Assembly (NCBI GenBank): GCA_002325605.1
Contig: DCSM01000073.1
Span: 1-44,166 of the forward strand
DNA: 44,166 nucleotides
Direction: 5' to 3'
Source: Chloroflexaceae bacterium UBA1466
GTDB taxonomy: Bacteria > Chloroflexota > Chloroflexia > Chloroflexales > Chloroflexaceae
Part shown: positions 9,328 to 19,209 of the stretch, in pieces
Position numbering within the stretch: position 1 is the stretch's first letter
Layout: each line of letters begins with the position of its first letter
The notes under the pieces: generated by a model
What the model was told of the DNA's origin: nothing
The model's database searches: none
What the model saw: only the letters and a program-made list of their open reading frames with translations
Made by a program: the position numbers and the translations under genes

Positions 9328-10698
9328 ATGCTTCAACGTTTACGGCGTTTGCGAGGCGATGAATTGCAACTTTTGCTGCTAGTGTTGCTTTTCTTTGCCG
9401 CAGGCTATCTTTTGGTGGTATTTGTTACTCGTCAACGAGAGTTTGTCCCAACTGTTCCAGGGATTTTGACGATCCTTTGGCCCTCTTGTCTTCCTTTCTT
9501 ACTCTTTATTGGGTTTTCATTTGGGCTTAGTTGGCGTTCAACCCAAACTGACCAACTGATGCTACCTTTGATCGCGCTTTTAAGCGGGTTGGGGCTGTTG
9601 CTCACCACACGCCTGGAACCCAGCTTGAATGCGATTTATGGCGATACATACGTTGGTGTAGCCGCCAAACAGTCGCTTTGGGTAACGCTTGGCATTCTAA
9701 TCCTCGCAGGCATGATTTTTGGGCCCTGGGATGAGCTTTTAATTCGTTATCAACAAACTTCTTTGATGGATTGGCTCGATCATCATCGGTATACGTGGCT
9801 AACTTTGGGCTTAGGCTTAACTTTAGCAACGTTTTTCTTTGGCACAGACCCCAACGGCAGTGGGGTAAAGGTCTGGTTTAATTTTGGCTTTTTCATGCTA
9901 CAGCCTTCCGAGTTGCTCAAAATCATCTTAGTCATTTTCCTAGCTTCCTACTTAGAACAACATCGCCAAGTTGTAGCCGCTTCAAACTATCGTTTGGGCC
10001 CTTTTACGTTGCCTCCTTTGCCCTATCTGATCCCTCTCGGCGGGATGTGGGGCATTGCAATGGGGACAATTATCTTTCAACGCGATTTAGGCGTAGCCTT
10101 ATTGCTCTTTGGGGTCTTTCTGGCGATGTTTTATGTGGCCACGGGCCGAGGACTCTATGTTTTAGTAGGTTTAGTCGCTTTTGGGCTTGGGGCTTTTGCG
10201 CTCTATCATGTCGTTCCCGTAGTAAAACTACGAGTTGCCGTTTGGCTTGATCCGTGGGCCACCGCCCAAGGCACAGGCTACCAGATTGTCCAAGCTGCAT
10301 ACGCGCTGGCCGCGGGCGGGATTTTTGGGAAAGGGCTGGGGCGCGGCATTCCCGCGATTGTGCCCGCCGTGCATACTGATTTTGCCTTCACGGCCATCGG
10401 CGAAGAAATGGGTTTAGCAGGCACAATTGCTGTTTTAATAGCTTATCTCCTGCTGGTCTTTCGCGGTTATCATATCGCAACCGCTATCCCAGGGCGCTTT
10501 CGCGGCTTTGAACAACTTTTGGCTGTTGGTTTAACCACGATTCTAGCGGTTCAAGTCATTGTGATCATCGGGGGCAACCTGCGCCTCATTCCTCTTACGG
10601 GCATTACACTTCCCTTTATTTCCTATGGTGGCTCTTCCGTGTTGGCCAATTTTCTTCTCGTTGGTTTACTGATGCGAATTTCAGCAATTAAAAGTTAA
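9328..10698 (+). CDS. SEDS-family peptidoglycan polymerase (FtsW/RodA/SpoVE)
   Basis: About 10 predicted TM helices. Family motifs SELLKI, GTGYQIVQA, GKGLGRG, HTDFAFTAIGEEMGLAG, LPFISYGGSS. Confidence 0.9.
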   Translation: MLQRLRRLRGDELQLLLLVLLFFAAGYLLVVFVTRQREFVPTVPGILTILWPSCLPFLLFIGFSFGLSWRSTQTDQLMLPLIALLSGLGLLLTTRLEPSLNAIYGDTYVGVAAKQSLWVTLGILILAGMIFGPWDELLIRYQQTSLMDWLDHHRYTWLTLGLGLTLATFFFGTDPNGSGVKVWFNFGFFMLQPSELLKIILVIFLASYLEQHRQVVAASNYRLGPFTLPPLPYLIPLGGMWGIAMGTIIFQRDLGVALLLFGVFLAMFYVATGRGLYVLVGLVAFGLGAFALYHVVPVVKLRVAVWLDPWATAQGTGYQIVQAAYALAAGGIFGKGLGRGIPAIVPAVHTDFAFTAIGEEMGLAGTIAVLIAYLLLVFRGYHIATAIPGRFRGFEQLLAVGLTTILAVQVIVIIGGNLRLIPLTGITLPFISYGGSSVLANFLLVGLLMRISAIKS

Positions 10699-10801
10699 AA
10701 GCCCCACCGCCTGAAGTTCGGCCTGCTTTGTTGCGCCGCAAGAAAGCTGCAAATTTTCTGCGGCGTAGCCGACATTTCCTAGTGCAAATCTGTTTTATTC
10801 G

Positions 10802-10810
10802 TGGTAAACT
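10802..10810 (+). promoter_or_regulatory. Putative extended -10 promoter (TGGTAAACT) for the small-ORF/SSS-kinase operon
   Basis: Same TGGTAAACT element as upstream of aroQ, about 47 nt upstream of the ATG at 10857. Confidence 0.4.
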
Positions 10811-10856
10811 ACAAACCATTCTTCTCTGTTGAAGCGACTAGTTCCAAAGGGTTTTG

Positions 10857-11084
10857 ATGAAGCACATTTCTAAGCTCTTGCGGCAACCAGGTTTTGACCT
10901 CCTGTTCTTTTACCTGGCCCTGGCTTTCTTTTCGTGGCCCTTTTTTGCCAAGATCGATCAATACCCCGAAAAGATGTTTGGTTACATCTTTTTACCCTGG
11001 GGAATAACTGTTTTCACCCTCTTCTTAATAAGCCAAAGCCTAATTTCCTCAGACGAAGATGAGCAAGATGCAGAAAAGGAATAA
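10857..11084 (+). CDS. Small two-TM membrane protein with acidic tail
   Basis: Two hydrophobic helices ([35 protein letters not shown]) and a [10 protein letters not shown] tail. The stop codon lies 8 nt before the SSS-kinase start. The ORF-track start at 10854 is a TTG one codon upstream. Confidence 0.55.
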   Translation: MKHISKLLRQPGFDLLFFYLALAFFSWPFFAKIDQYPEKMFGYIFLPWGITVFTLFLISQSLISSDEDEQDAEKE

Positions 11085-11092
11085 TTTACCCC

Positions 11093-13939
11093 ATGTTTGA
11101 CCCTTTAATTGTCATTGCAATTATCTTCTTTTACATGGTTGCCCTCTTTCTGCTGGGTCTCTGGGTCGAGAATCAAGCCCAAAAAGGCCATAATCCTGCC
11201 AACCATCCTTTCATTTATGCCCTTTCAATTGGAATCTATTGCACTTCCTGGACCTTTTATGGGAGTGTGGGTAGCGCGGCCACTTCGGGAATGCTCTTTT
11301 TAGGCCCCTACATCGGAGCTAATCTGGCCATTATTTTTTGGTGGACGCTGCTCCGCAAAATGATTCGCCTCAAAAATACTCACCGTATCACCAGTATTGC
11401 CGATTTCCTCTCAGCACGGTATAACAAATCTCGCTCCGTAGGGGCCCTTACAACTTTCATTGCTGTTCTAGGCATTATTCCCTACGTCGGGCTGCAATTA
11501 CGGGCTATCACCTCTTCTTTTAGTATTCTAACGCATACAGATAAAGTCTTTTTTTTCAATTCTATTGAGTTAAGTGCAGGTTTAGTCGTTACCTTTTTGA
11601 TGATTGTCTTTACTATCGTCTTTGGAGTGCGACGAGTTGACCCAACTGAGCGCCACCAAGGGATTGTCGTGGCTATCGCAGTGGAAAGTGTAGTTAAACT
11701 GCTTGCCTTTCTCGCGGTTGGCATCTTTGTTACCTATTTTGCCTTTCAAGGCCCCACCGACATCTTTCGGCAAGCCTCCGCCGCCCTCCAAAAAGCGGAT
11801 AGCCTCAAGCTCAAAAACGTTCCGCATCTGCTCTGGCTCTCGCAGCTCATTCTTTCGATGTCGAGTATTTTGTTTCTCCCGCGGCAATTTCACATTGCGG
11901 TGGTTGAAAACTTCGATGAAAACCATGTCAAAACAGCGATCTGGTTTTTTCCTCTCTATATGTTGATAATCAATATCTTTGTAATCCCCCTTGCACTGGG
12001 AGGTCTGCTGCTGGGCTATCCTATTTCCCAAGCCGATAGTTTTGTTTTACGCATTCCTCTCGCTTATAAGCAAGGTTTGCTTTCCTTGCTTGTTTTTATT
12101 GGGGGTTTGGCCGCTTCGACCAGCATGATTACGGTTAGTTCAATGACCATGGCGACCATGGTTACAAACCATTTGCTGCTTGTGCCCATCATTGGCCTCC
12201 GTAAATTGCGGTTTTTGCAGCGCCAACTTATCTTTTTTCGCTGGGCCATCGTGATTGCTTTCATTTTGGTCGCCTATTGGTTTGACCAAGCAGTTGGTAC
12301 GCCTTATACTTTAGTGAGCATCGGTACAATCTCTTTTGTGGCCATTTTGCAATTTGCGCCTGCGGCTTTGGGCGGCTTGTTTTGGCCTCGCGGCAACAAG
12401 ATCGGTGCTTTGTTGGGCATGAGTAGTGGGTTTTTGGCCTGGATTTATACTCTAATCCTCCCCGCCTTTGCTCGCAGCAATTTTCTCCTGTCTAAAAGCT
12501 TTCTTGAAATAGGGCCATGGGGTTTAAGATGGTTAAATCCAGAGCAATTTCTTGGTTTAGTTGGTTTTGACCCCTTGACCCATAGTGTTTTTTGGACTTT
12601 GATTTTGAATGTCAGTTTATACGTTCTTAGCTCGCTGGCCTTTGAGCAGAAAGAGGAAGAGCAACGGCTTGCCAGTGAATTTGTCAGTATTCTGCAGCAA
12701 AAAGCAGTTAAACGCCCTAGATTTGCCCAGAATGAGAATTCTATTGAACTGGCAACAAAGAAAAGTGAAATTAAGCAGTTACTCAGTCAGTTTTTTTCTG
12801 ATTCTAAAGTGGTTCTGATTATTAAACACAGCTTACAAGCGGTAGGAATTGAAAATAAAACACAGATTTCGATCACTGAATTAACTTACTTCCACGCTGA
12901 AATTGAAAAGTATTTAGCAGGCGCGATTGGAACCGCCTTGGCCTATCAAGCCTTGCGCCAAGGAACAAAACTTACCGCGCATGAATCAAATGAACTCTCC
13001 AGAGTCTATGGAGAAATCCTTACAGATCTGCGAGTTAGCCCCGAAGAATTGCGGAATCGTGTCAATTATTATCAAGAACGAGAGTTGTTCCTCACCCACC
13101 AAGCCCAAAATTTAGAGCAGCAAGTCACCGAACGAACGGAAGAATTGCGCCGCGCTAAAGAATTAGCCGAGACTGCCAATCAAGCTAAAAGCATCTTTCT
13201 GGCTAATATGAGCCATGAATTACGTACTCCATTGAATGCCATCATTGGTTACAGCGAAATTCTCAAGGAAGAAGCCGAGGATTTAGGCGATGCCAATCTT
13301 AAAAAGGATTTAGATCAGATCTACCTGGCAGGCAAACATTTATTGCGGATTATCAACGAGATTCTTGATCTTTCCAAGGTTGAAGCAGGGAAAATGGAGC
13401 TTTATCTCGAAACATTTGAGATCACAGGCATGATCCATGAACTTATAGCGACGATTCAGCCTTTGGCCAAACAAAATCAGAATGTCTTAGAAGTTCAATG
13501 TGCGCCTAATCTAGGGACAATGAAGACCGATCAGATAAAATTGCGCCAATGTTTAATCAATTTACTAAGTAATGCGTGCAAATTCACTGAAAAAGGGCGC
13601 ATTATTCTAGCGGTTCAGGCCGAAGAACGCGCTTCAAATGGGCAAGCCCCCGATGTTAAACCAGAACAGTGGTTTTGTTTTCAGGTCATTGATACGGGTT
13701 TGGGCATGACGGCCAAACAATTAGCACAGCTTTTTCAGGCCTTTACGCAAGGCGATAACTCTGACACCCGCAAACATGGTGGTACAGGCTTAGGTTTGGC
13801 GATTACGAAGCATTTTTGTGAGCTTTTAGGCGGCACTATTTTTGCCGAAAGTGTTGTGCATAAAGGTTCCAAGTTTACTATCCAAATTCCAGCTACGCCG
13901 CCAGCGAATCTGCGCCAGCTTTTTGTTGAAAGCGATTAG
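11093..13939 (+). CDS. Sodium:solute symporter (SSS/SLC5)-domain-fused sensor histidine kinase (CbrA/CrbS-like architecture, no receiver)
   Basis: About 510 aa with about 13 TM helices of SSS type. These are followed by a soluble linker, a coiled coil, the H-box [25 protein letters not shown] (His708 codon at 13214-13216) and a HATPase_c domain ([15 protein letters not shown]). Confidence 0.9.
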   Translation: MFDPLIVIAIIFFYMVALFLLGLWVENQAQKGHNPANHPFIYALSIGIYCTSWTFYGSVGSAATSGMLFLGPYIGANLAIIFWWTLLRKMIRLKNTHRITSIADFLSARYNKSRSVGALTTFIAVLGIIPYVGLQLRAITSSFSILTHTDKVFFFNSIELSAGLVVTFLMIVFTIVFGVRRVDPTERHQGIVVAIAVESVVKLLAFLAVGIFVTYFAFQGPTDIFRQASAALQKADSLKLKNVPHLLWLSQLILSMSSILFLPRQFHIAVVENFDENHVKTAIWFFPLYMLIINIFVIPLALGGLLLGYPISQADSFVLRIPLAYKQGLLSLLVFIGGLAASTSMITVSSMTMATMVTNHLLLVPIIGLRKLRFLQRQLIFFRWAIVIAFILVAYWFDQAVGTPYTLVSIGTISFVAILQFAPAALGGLFWPRGNKIGALLGMSSGFLAWIYTLILPAFARSNFLLSKSFLEIGPWGLRWLNPEQFLGLVGFDPLTHSVFWTLILNVSLYVLSSLAFEQKEEEQRLASEFVSILQQKAVKRPRFAQNENSIELATKKSEIKQLLSQFFSDSKVVLIIKHSLQAVGIENKTQISITELTYFHAEIEKYLAGAIGTALAYQALRQGTKLTAHESNELSRVYGEILTDLRVSPEELRNRVNYYQERELFLTHQAQNLEQQVTERTEELRRAKELAETANQAKSIFLANMSHELRTPLNAIIGYSEILKEEAEDLGDANLKKDLDQIYLAGKHLLRIINEILDLSKVEAGKMELYLETFEITGMIHELIATIQPLAKQNQNVLEVQCAPNLGTMKTDQIKLRQCLINLLSNACKFTEKGRIILAVQAEERASNGQAPDVKPEQWFCFQVIDTGLGMTAKQLAQLFQAFTQGDNSDTRKHGGTGLGLAITKHFCELLGGTIFAESVVHKGSKFTIQIPATPPANLRQLFVESD

Positions 13940-14056
13940 TTAGCTGAAGGCTAAATGCTTAAATCTTAGAGTTCTGGATAAAACTTGTTCTTGGTCTAAT
14001 TCTAGGGCCCGATCTTTGCAGTTAAGCCGATAATCAAACGCACGAGGAGCTTTGTT

Positions 14057-16411
14057 ATGCTTCATCCTTTAATTCAGTGGCAACTCAAATCGTTGGGATT
14101 AGAGGTCGCCACGCAACCCTCCTTAGAGCTTTGGCAGCAATTGCTCCAACAAGTGAGCGCAATCTATGCGGCGCTTGGCGAAGACCGTTTGGCGCTGGCG
14201 CTGCCCCAAGAATTGAGCATTGAGGCTCCTTTTGAACATAAGTTGGGCGGTTTGGCTCCCTCATCGCAAGCTAAGGCGAGTTTTTTGTATCCTCCAGCCC
14301 AATCCCCGTCGCCTCCCCAGGGCCACTTAACTGAAGCCTTGCGAAAGAGCCACGAACACTATCATTTGTTGATGGAACACGCTTCAGATGGGATTGCAAT
14401 CAATGATAAATATGGGAATTTCTTGGAAGTAAATCCTAAGATGTGTGAAATCAGTGGCTACAGTGCCAATGAGCTTTTACAAATGAATGTCTGCGACATT
14501 ATTGCCACCGAAGACCTGGCAATGAACCCTTTGCGGATGAAAGAACTCTTCCTTCTGGGGACGATTTTGCAGGAACGCTGGTTACGTCGCCGCGATGGAA
14601 TTATAGTTTTTGTTGAAGTGAATGCCCAAGCGATGAAAGGGGAGCGTTCGCTGGCGATTGTGCGTGATATTACGGAGCGCAAACGCACCCAAGAAATTCT
14701 CAACAGCCGCGAAGCGATTTTGGAAGCAATGGGGTTTGCTGCCGAACGTTTTTTAGCCACCTTCGGGATGGAGAAAAATATCCAAACCGTCTTGGCTTGC
14801 TTAGGAATTGCAACGGGAATGAGTCGAGTCTATGTTTTTGAGAACTTTATGAATGCTGAAGGGCTCCGAATCTCAGTCCAACGCTATGAATGGATGGCTC
14901 CAGGTATCTTTTCACAAACTGATGATCCTCGTCGAACGAACTTATGCTATCGTGAAATGGGCTTTGAGCGCTGGGAGGCCATTCTGGCGCAAGGAATTCC
15001 TTTTTATGGCGATGTTTGCACCTTCCCCGCCAGCGAGCGCGTGCTTTTAGAGGCTCAAAATGTCCTTTCTATTGCTTTAATCCCCATCTTTGTGCGCGAT
15101 ACGTGGTGGGGCTGCATTGGCTTTGACGAATGTTCAATCGAACGGGTCTGGTCGGCGGTGGAGGTTGATGCGTTGCGGGCGGCGGCAGGCATTATTGGCG
15201 CAGCGATTCAGCGGGACCGCTCTGAAGAGGCTCTTAGGCAGAGTGAAGCTCGGTTTCGGGCAGTCTTTCAACAATCGGTGATTGGGATTGCCCTGATTGA
15301 CAAAGATGGCTCTATCATGCGCGGAAATCCTGCTTTTATCAAGATGCTGGGCTTCTCAAATGAAGAATTAAGGAATATGCACTTCAGTGAAATTACCCAT
15401 TCCGAAGATAGAGCGCGGAGTATGCAGCTTTTTACCGAGATTATGAGCGGTGAGCTTGATAATAGTTGCTTCCAAAAGCGTTACACTTGCAAGAATGGGC
15501 AAGTTATCTGGAGCCAAGTCTCGTCTTCGCTTGTGCGGGATGCCAAAGGCGATCCTCTGTTTCTGGTCGGGATGTATGAGAATATCACGGAACGGAAGCA
15601 AGCTGAGGCTGAATTGCAACAGGCCAAAGAGGCCGCCGAGGCTGCTAATCGCGCTAAAAGCAGCTTTCTGGCGAATATGAGCCACGAATTGCGAACTCCT
15701 CTCAATGCTATCATCGGTTATAGCGAGATGTTGCAGGAAGATATCCTCGATTTAGGCTTTCTTGAGCTGGTCAAAGACATTGAAAAGATTACTATCGCTG
15801 GACGACATCTCCTGCATATCATCAACGACATTCTTGATCTCTCTAAAATCGAAGCAGGTAAGATGACTTTATGCGTAGAGCAGTTTCAAATCGTGGCCAT
15901 GGTCGAAGATGTCATTACCACGATCTCCCCTCTGATCAAGAAAAACAATAATCTCTTAGAAGTTCAAGCAACAGGGGATTTAGGCTCGATGATTACCGAC
16001 CAAGTCAAAGTGCAACAAGTCCTGCTGAACTTATTGAGCAACGCGGCCAAATTCACTAAATGTGGGCAGATCAAACTTACGGTTGAGCGCTGGTCTAAGT
16101 CCAAGTTGGTTGCGGCTTCGCTGCCCCCTAAGTTGCAGGAATATCAGCAGCTAACGGAGGTTTCGCCTGACCCCGAATGGTTGATCTTTCGCGTGACTGA
16201 CACGGGCATTGGCATGTCGCCGACGCAAGTCGCACATCTTTTTCAAGCCTTTGTGCAAGGTGATGCCTCGACCACCCGCGAATATGGCGGAACCGGCTTG
16301 GGCATGGTGATTAGTCAGCGGTTTTGCCAGATGATGGGCGGTGAGATTGAGGTTTCCAGTCAACACGGCGAAGGGACAACGTTCACCGTTTGGTTGCCGA
16401 GCGCGGTCTAA
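14057..16411 (+). CDS. PAS-GAF-PAS sensor histidine kinase (cytoplasmic)
   Basis: PAS boundaries are marked by ITERKRTQE and ITERKQAE. The GAF domain ends ...[18 protein letters not shown]-box [25 protein letters not shown] (His543 codon at 15683-15685). HATPase motifs DTGIGM and GGTGLGM. SD GAGGAG. Confidence 0.92.
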   Translation: MLHPLIQWQLKSLGLEVATQPSLELWQQLLQQVSAIYAALGEDRLALALPQELSIEAPFEHKLGGLAPSSQAKASFLYPPAQSPSPPQGHLTEALRKSHEHYHLLMEHASDGIAINDKYGNFLEVNPKMCEISGYSANELLQMNVCDIIATEDLAMNPLRMKELFLLGTILQERWLRRRDGIIVFVEVNAQAMKGERSLAIVRDITERKRTQEILNSREAILEAMGFAAERFLATFGMEKNIQTVLACLGIATGMSRVYVFENFMNAEGLRISVQRYEWMAPGIFSQTDDPRRTNLCYREMGFERWEAILAQGIPFYGDVCTFPASERVLLEAQNVLSIALIPIFVRDTWWGCIGFDECSIERVWSAVEVDALRAAAGIIGAAIQRDRSEEALRQSEARFRAVFQQSVIGIALIDKDGSIMRGNPAFIKMLGFSNEELRNMHFSEITHSEDRARSMQLFTEIMSGELDNSCFQKRYTCKNGQVIWSQVSSSLVRDAKGDPLFLVGMYENITERKQAEAELQQAKEAAEAANRAKSSFLANMSHELRTPLNAIIGYSEMLQEDILDLGFLELVKDIEKITIAGRHLLHIINDILDLSKIEAGKMTLCVEQFQIVAMVEDVITTISPLIKKNNNLLEVQATGDLGSMITDQVKVQQVLLNLLSNAAKFTKCGQIKLTVERWSKSKLVAASLPPKLQEYQQLTEVSPDPEWLIFRVTDTGIGMSPTQVAHLFQAFVQGDASTTREYGGTGLGMVISQRFCQMMGGEIEVSSQHGEGTTFTVWLPSAV

Positions 16412-16454
16412 GGGGTTGCTTTAGGAAAAGAGGCGGGAAGATTTGAATGCGATT

Positions 16455-16463
16455 GTGCTATAC
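16455..16463 (+). promoter_or_regulatory. Putative internal extended -10 promoter (TGCTATACT) ahead of the receiver genes
   Basis: TGn+TATACT sits in the 137-nt gap between the kinase stop and the receiver ATG at 16549. Confidence 0.45.
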
Positions 16464-16548
16464 TAGACTAGCGAAGCAAAGACTCTTCCAGGCAAGATGC
16501 CTGAGATACCCCAGGAACTCATCGTTTACGGGACTAAAGGCAGGCATT

Positions 16549-16926
16549 ATGGCTAAAATTCTCTTGATTGAAGATAACGAAATGAATCGGGATATGCTGG
16601 CGCGAAGGTTGGAACGGCGGGGCCACACGATTCTTTTGGCTTTTGATGGCGCGGAAGGAGTCCGTTTGGCGCAGACCATCAACCCCGATCTCATCTTAAT
16701 GGATTTGAGTTTGCCTGTCTTGGACGGTTGGGAGGCGACTAAGCAACTCAAACAGTCCCCGCTGACGTGCGCTATTCCCATCATTGCCCTGACGGCCCAT
16801 GCGCTCGCCGATGATCGTCAAAAGAGCTTGGATGTAGGGTGTGATGAGTACGAAACCAAGCCAATTGATTTCCCTCGCCTAATCGCTAAGATAGATAACT
16901 TGCTGCAAAAGGGAGCTTGTCAATGA
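16549..16926 (+). CDS. Single-domain CheY-like response regulator
   Basis: MAKILLIEDNEMNRDML..., phospho-acceptor context DLILMDLSLP, ALTAH, and a conserved K in ETKPI. The ORF-track start at 16447 adds 34 non-homologous residues and lies upstream of the putative promoter. Confidence 0.9.
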   Translation: MAKILLIEDNEMNRDMLARRLERRGHTILLAFDGAEGVRLAQTINPDLILMDLSLPVLDGWEATKQLKQSPLTCAIPIIALTAHALADDRQKSLDVGCDEYETKPIDFPRLIAKIDNLLQKGACQ

Positions 16927-18104
16927 GGCCACCGCAATCTAACCTTGGAACCTGTCGAGTCTTAGTCGTTGATGATAATGAAGCTAATCGGGATGTTCTT
17001 TCACGGCGGATTCAACGGCAAGGGCATACCGTAATGATGGCTTTTGATGGTCGCCAAGCCTTGCTTCGCTTACGGGAGCAGGCTTTTGATCTAGTTTTGC
17101 TCGATATTATGATGCCTGAAGTCAATGGCTATCAGGTTTTAGAAGAAATCAAAGCCGACCCGCAGCTGCGCCATATCCCTGTGATTATGATTTCAGCGGT
17201 GGATGATGTGGAGAGTGTGGTCAAATGTATCCAATTGGGGGCGGAAGACTATCTACCTAAGCCCTTCAACCCGATCTTGCTGAAGGCGCGAGTCAGTGCG
17301 ACTTTAGAGAAGAAACGGTTGCGCGACCAGGAGCAAGCCTACCTTAAAACGGTGCGCCAAGAAATGGAACTGGGGCGACGGATTCAAGCGGATTTTCTCC
17401 CTGCTTTTCTACCGCTGGCCACAGGTTGGGAAATTGCGGCGACCTTCCACCCAGCACGGGAGATCGCGGGCGATTTCTATGACGCGATTGCCCTCCCAGA
17501 CGAGCGGATTGGGCTGGTGATTGCCGATGTTTGCGATAAAGGTGTAGGAGCGGCGCTCTTTATGGCCCTTGTCCGGAGCTTGCTGCGGGCCTTTGCAGAA
17601 CAAGCTCCCCCTTCCGATTTTGCTGCTCTTAATGCGGTTCCTCTTACCAACAAGTATATCACCCAGCATCATCACAACAAACAAACCCACATTCACATGT
17701 TTGCCACGCTCTTCTTTGGTGTGCTGAATCCTGTCACGGGCAACCTTACGTATATCAACGGGGGCCACGAAGCTCCTCTTTTGTTGGAACCGTCGGGGAA
17801 GATTGTCCCCTTAGAGCCAACGGGCCCTGCCGTCGGGTTGATGGGGGCTTCTACCTTTGCGCTGGCCGAAGCTCATTTTGAGCCTGGAAGTATGCTTTTG
17901 GCCTATACCGATGGTGTAACCGAAGCCCGTAAGGCGGGGGGGGAGATGTTTGGCGAAGAACGGCTTTTGGAATTGGTCAAACAACCCTTTTCGGCGGGTG
18001 CAGCCTTGATGAGTCAGATTGAACATAGTGTACGGGATTACTTGGCCGATCAGCCCCCCGCAGATGATATTACAATGCTCACGGTGCAAAGGATCAAGGC
18101 TTAA
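16917..18104 (+). CDS. Response-regulator receiver fused to a PP2C (SpoIIE/RsbU-type) serine phosphatase
   Basis: REC domain (VLVVDDNEANRD, DLVLLDIMMPEVNG, PKPF), then PP2C motifs GDFYD, DVCDKGVGAALFM, TDGVTEA, DDITML. It overlaps the upstream receiver gene by 10 nt. Confidence 0.92.
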   Translation: MSMRPPQSNLGTCRVLVVDDNEANRDVLSRRIQRQGHTVMMAFDGRQALLRLREQAFDLVLLDIMMPEVNGYQVLEEIKADPQLRHIPVIMISAVDDVESVVKCIQLGAEDYLPKPFNPILLKARVSATLEKKRLRDQEQAYLKTVRQEMELGRRIQADFLPAFLPLATGWEIAATFHPAREIAGDFYDAIALPDERIGLVIADVCDKGVGAALFMALVRSLLRAFAEQAPPSDFAALNAVPLTNKYITQHHHNKQTHIHMFATLFFGVLNPVTGNLTYINGGHEAPLLLEPSGKIVPLEPTGPAVGLMGASTFALAEAHFEPGSMLLAYTDGVTEARKAGGEMFGEERLLELVKQPFSAGAALMSQIEHSVRDYLADQPPADDITMLTVQRIKA

Positions 18105-19209
18105 CTAGCATTTCTTGATAGAGATCGTAATAGCTTTTAGCCAAAGCTGCCTGAGTATAGTGCTTTAAGACTCGTGCGCGGCCCCTTTGGCTCAGGTCTT
18201 CACACAATTCTGGTTGATTTAAGAGGCGCAGAAGAACATTTTGTAGCTCTTTAGGCTTGCGTTCTGGGAAGATAAGCCCAGCATCACTAATGACATTTGG
18301 GATCTCGCCTGAAGAAGAACCAATTACAGGTACGCCACAACTCATTGCTTCGATTAGAATTCGCCCAAATTGCTCTTTCCAATTAGCTGTTGTCTGGGAA
18401 GGCAAGACTAAAGCATCTAATTCATGGAGCATCGCCGCGACTTTAGTGCTTTCGACAGGTGGTAGAAGTGTAATCCGCTCCTGTAACCCAAGTTCCTGGC
18501 TGCGCTGAAGCAGCAAAGGTTGTAATTCCCCTTCCCCTACCAACCGCAAATGCACCTTTGCGGGAAGGCCCGTCATCGCCTCTAGCAGATCAAGTACCCC
18601 CTTCTCCTTAACCAACCGCCCCACGTAGCCTACTACAAACCTTTCCTGCTTCCTTCGTTCCCCTTCCCCTTTGAAGGGAAAAAGGTCAGGATCAACCCCA
18701 AACTGAGGCAAAACCGCCAGAGAACCTTGATAACCTCTGTGCCGCAAAATTGTCGCTGCTTCTTGATTCCCCGCAATTGCATAGGCCGCATGGCGAAAGT
18801 TATACTTTTCAAACCAACAGAAAGGTGGTGGATAGTTGCGCTCAATGTTAGCCCAGTTGAAGAAACAGCAGCGAACGCCATGCGCTCTACCTGACCGCAT
18901 GGCCAGAAAGGTCGCCAAATTGAAAGACTCTTCGTCAATGTGCAAAACATCAGGTTTTTCGCGGGCCAGAACCTTGTCTAAACTAGGATAGAAGTGCAGA
19001 TGATGTTGCCCATTTAAAACCATAGGCAACGTTTCCAAGCGATAACCCTGCGTAAAACGACGTTCCAGGTGCAAAGTCCCGACCCTTGGCTCCCGCCAAG
19101 AAGGAGGGACAAGCGCAACCAGGTCAACGTCGGGCAGACGGGCCAAAGCTTCCAGCTTCTTCTGATAGGCCCCTACAACCAAAGCCTTCGAGAGCATTAC
19201 CAGCTTCAT
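18094..19209 (-). CDS. GT4-family (GT-B fold) glycosyltransferase
   Basis: C-terminal EX7E region EQFGRILIEAMSCGVPVIGSSSGEIPNVI, plus GYVGRLVKEKG. The start ATG overlaps the upstream SBP stop (ATGA). Confidence 0.9.
   Translation of the reverse strand: MKLVMLSKALVVGAYQKKLEALARLPDVDLVALVPPSWREPRVGTLHLERRFTQGYRLETLPMVLNGQHHLHFYPSLDKVLAREKPDVLHIDEESFNLATFLAMRSGRAHGVRCCFFNWANIERNYPPPFCWFEKYNFRHAAYAIAGNQEAATILRHRGYQGSLAVLPQFGVDPDLFPFKGEGERRKQERFVVGYVGRLVKEKGVLDLLEAMTGLPAKVHLRLVGEGELQPLLLQRSQELGLQERITLLPPVESTKVAAMLHELDALVLPSQTTANWKEQFGRILIEAMSCGVPVIGSSSGEIPNVISDAGLIFPERKPKELQNVLLRLLNQPELCEDLSQRGRARVLKHYTQAALAKSYYDLYQEMLVKP

Noticed and set aside
16447-16548. 34-aa N-terminal extension of the CheY-like receiver
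   Set aside because: The extension (MRLCYTRLAKQRLFQARCLRYPRNSSFTGLKAGI) is not receiver-like and covers the putative TGCTATACT promoter. MAKILLIEDN is the normal receiver start.
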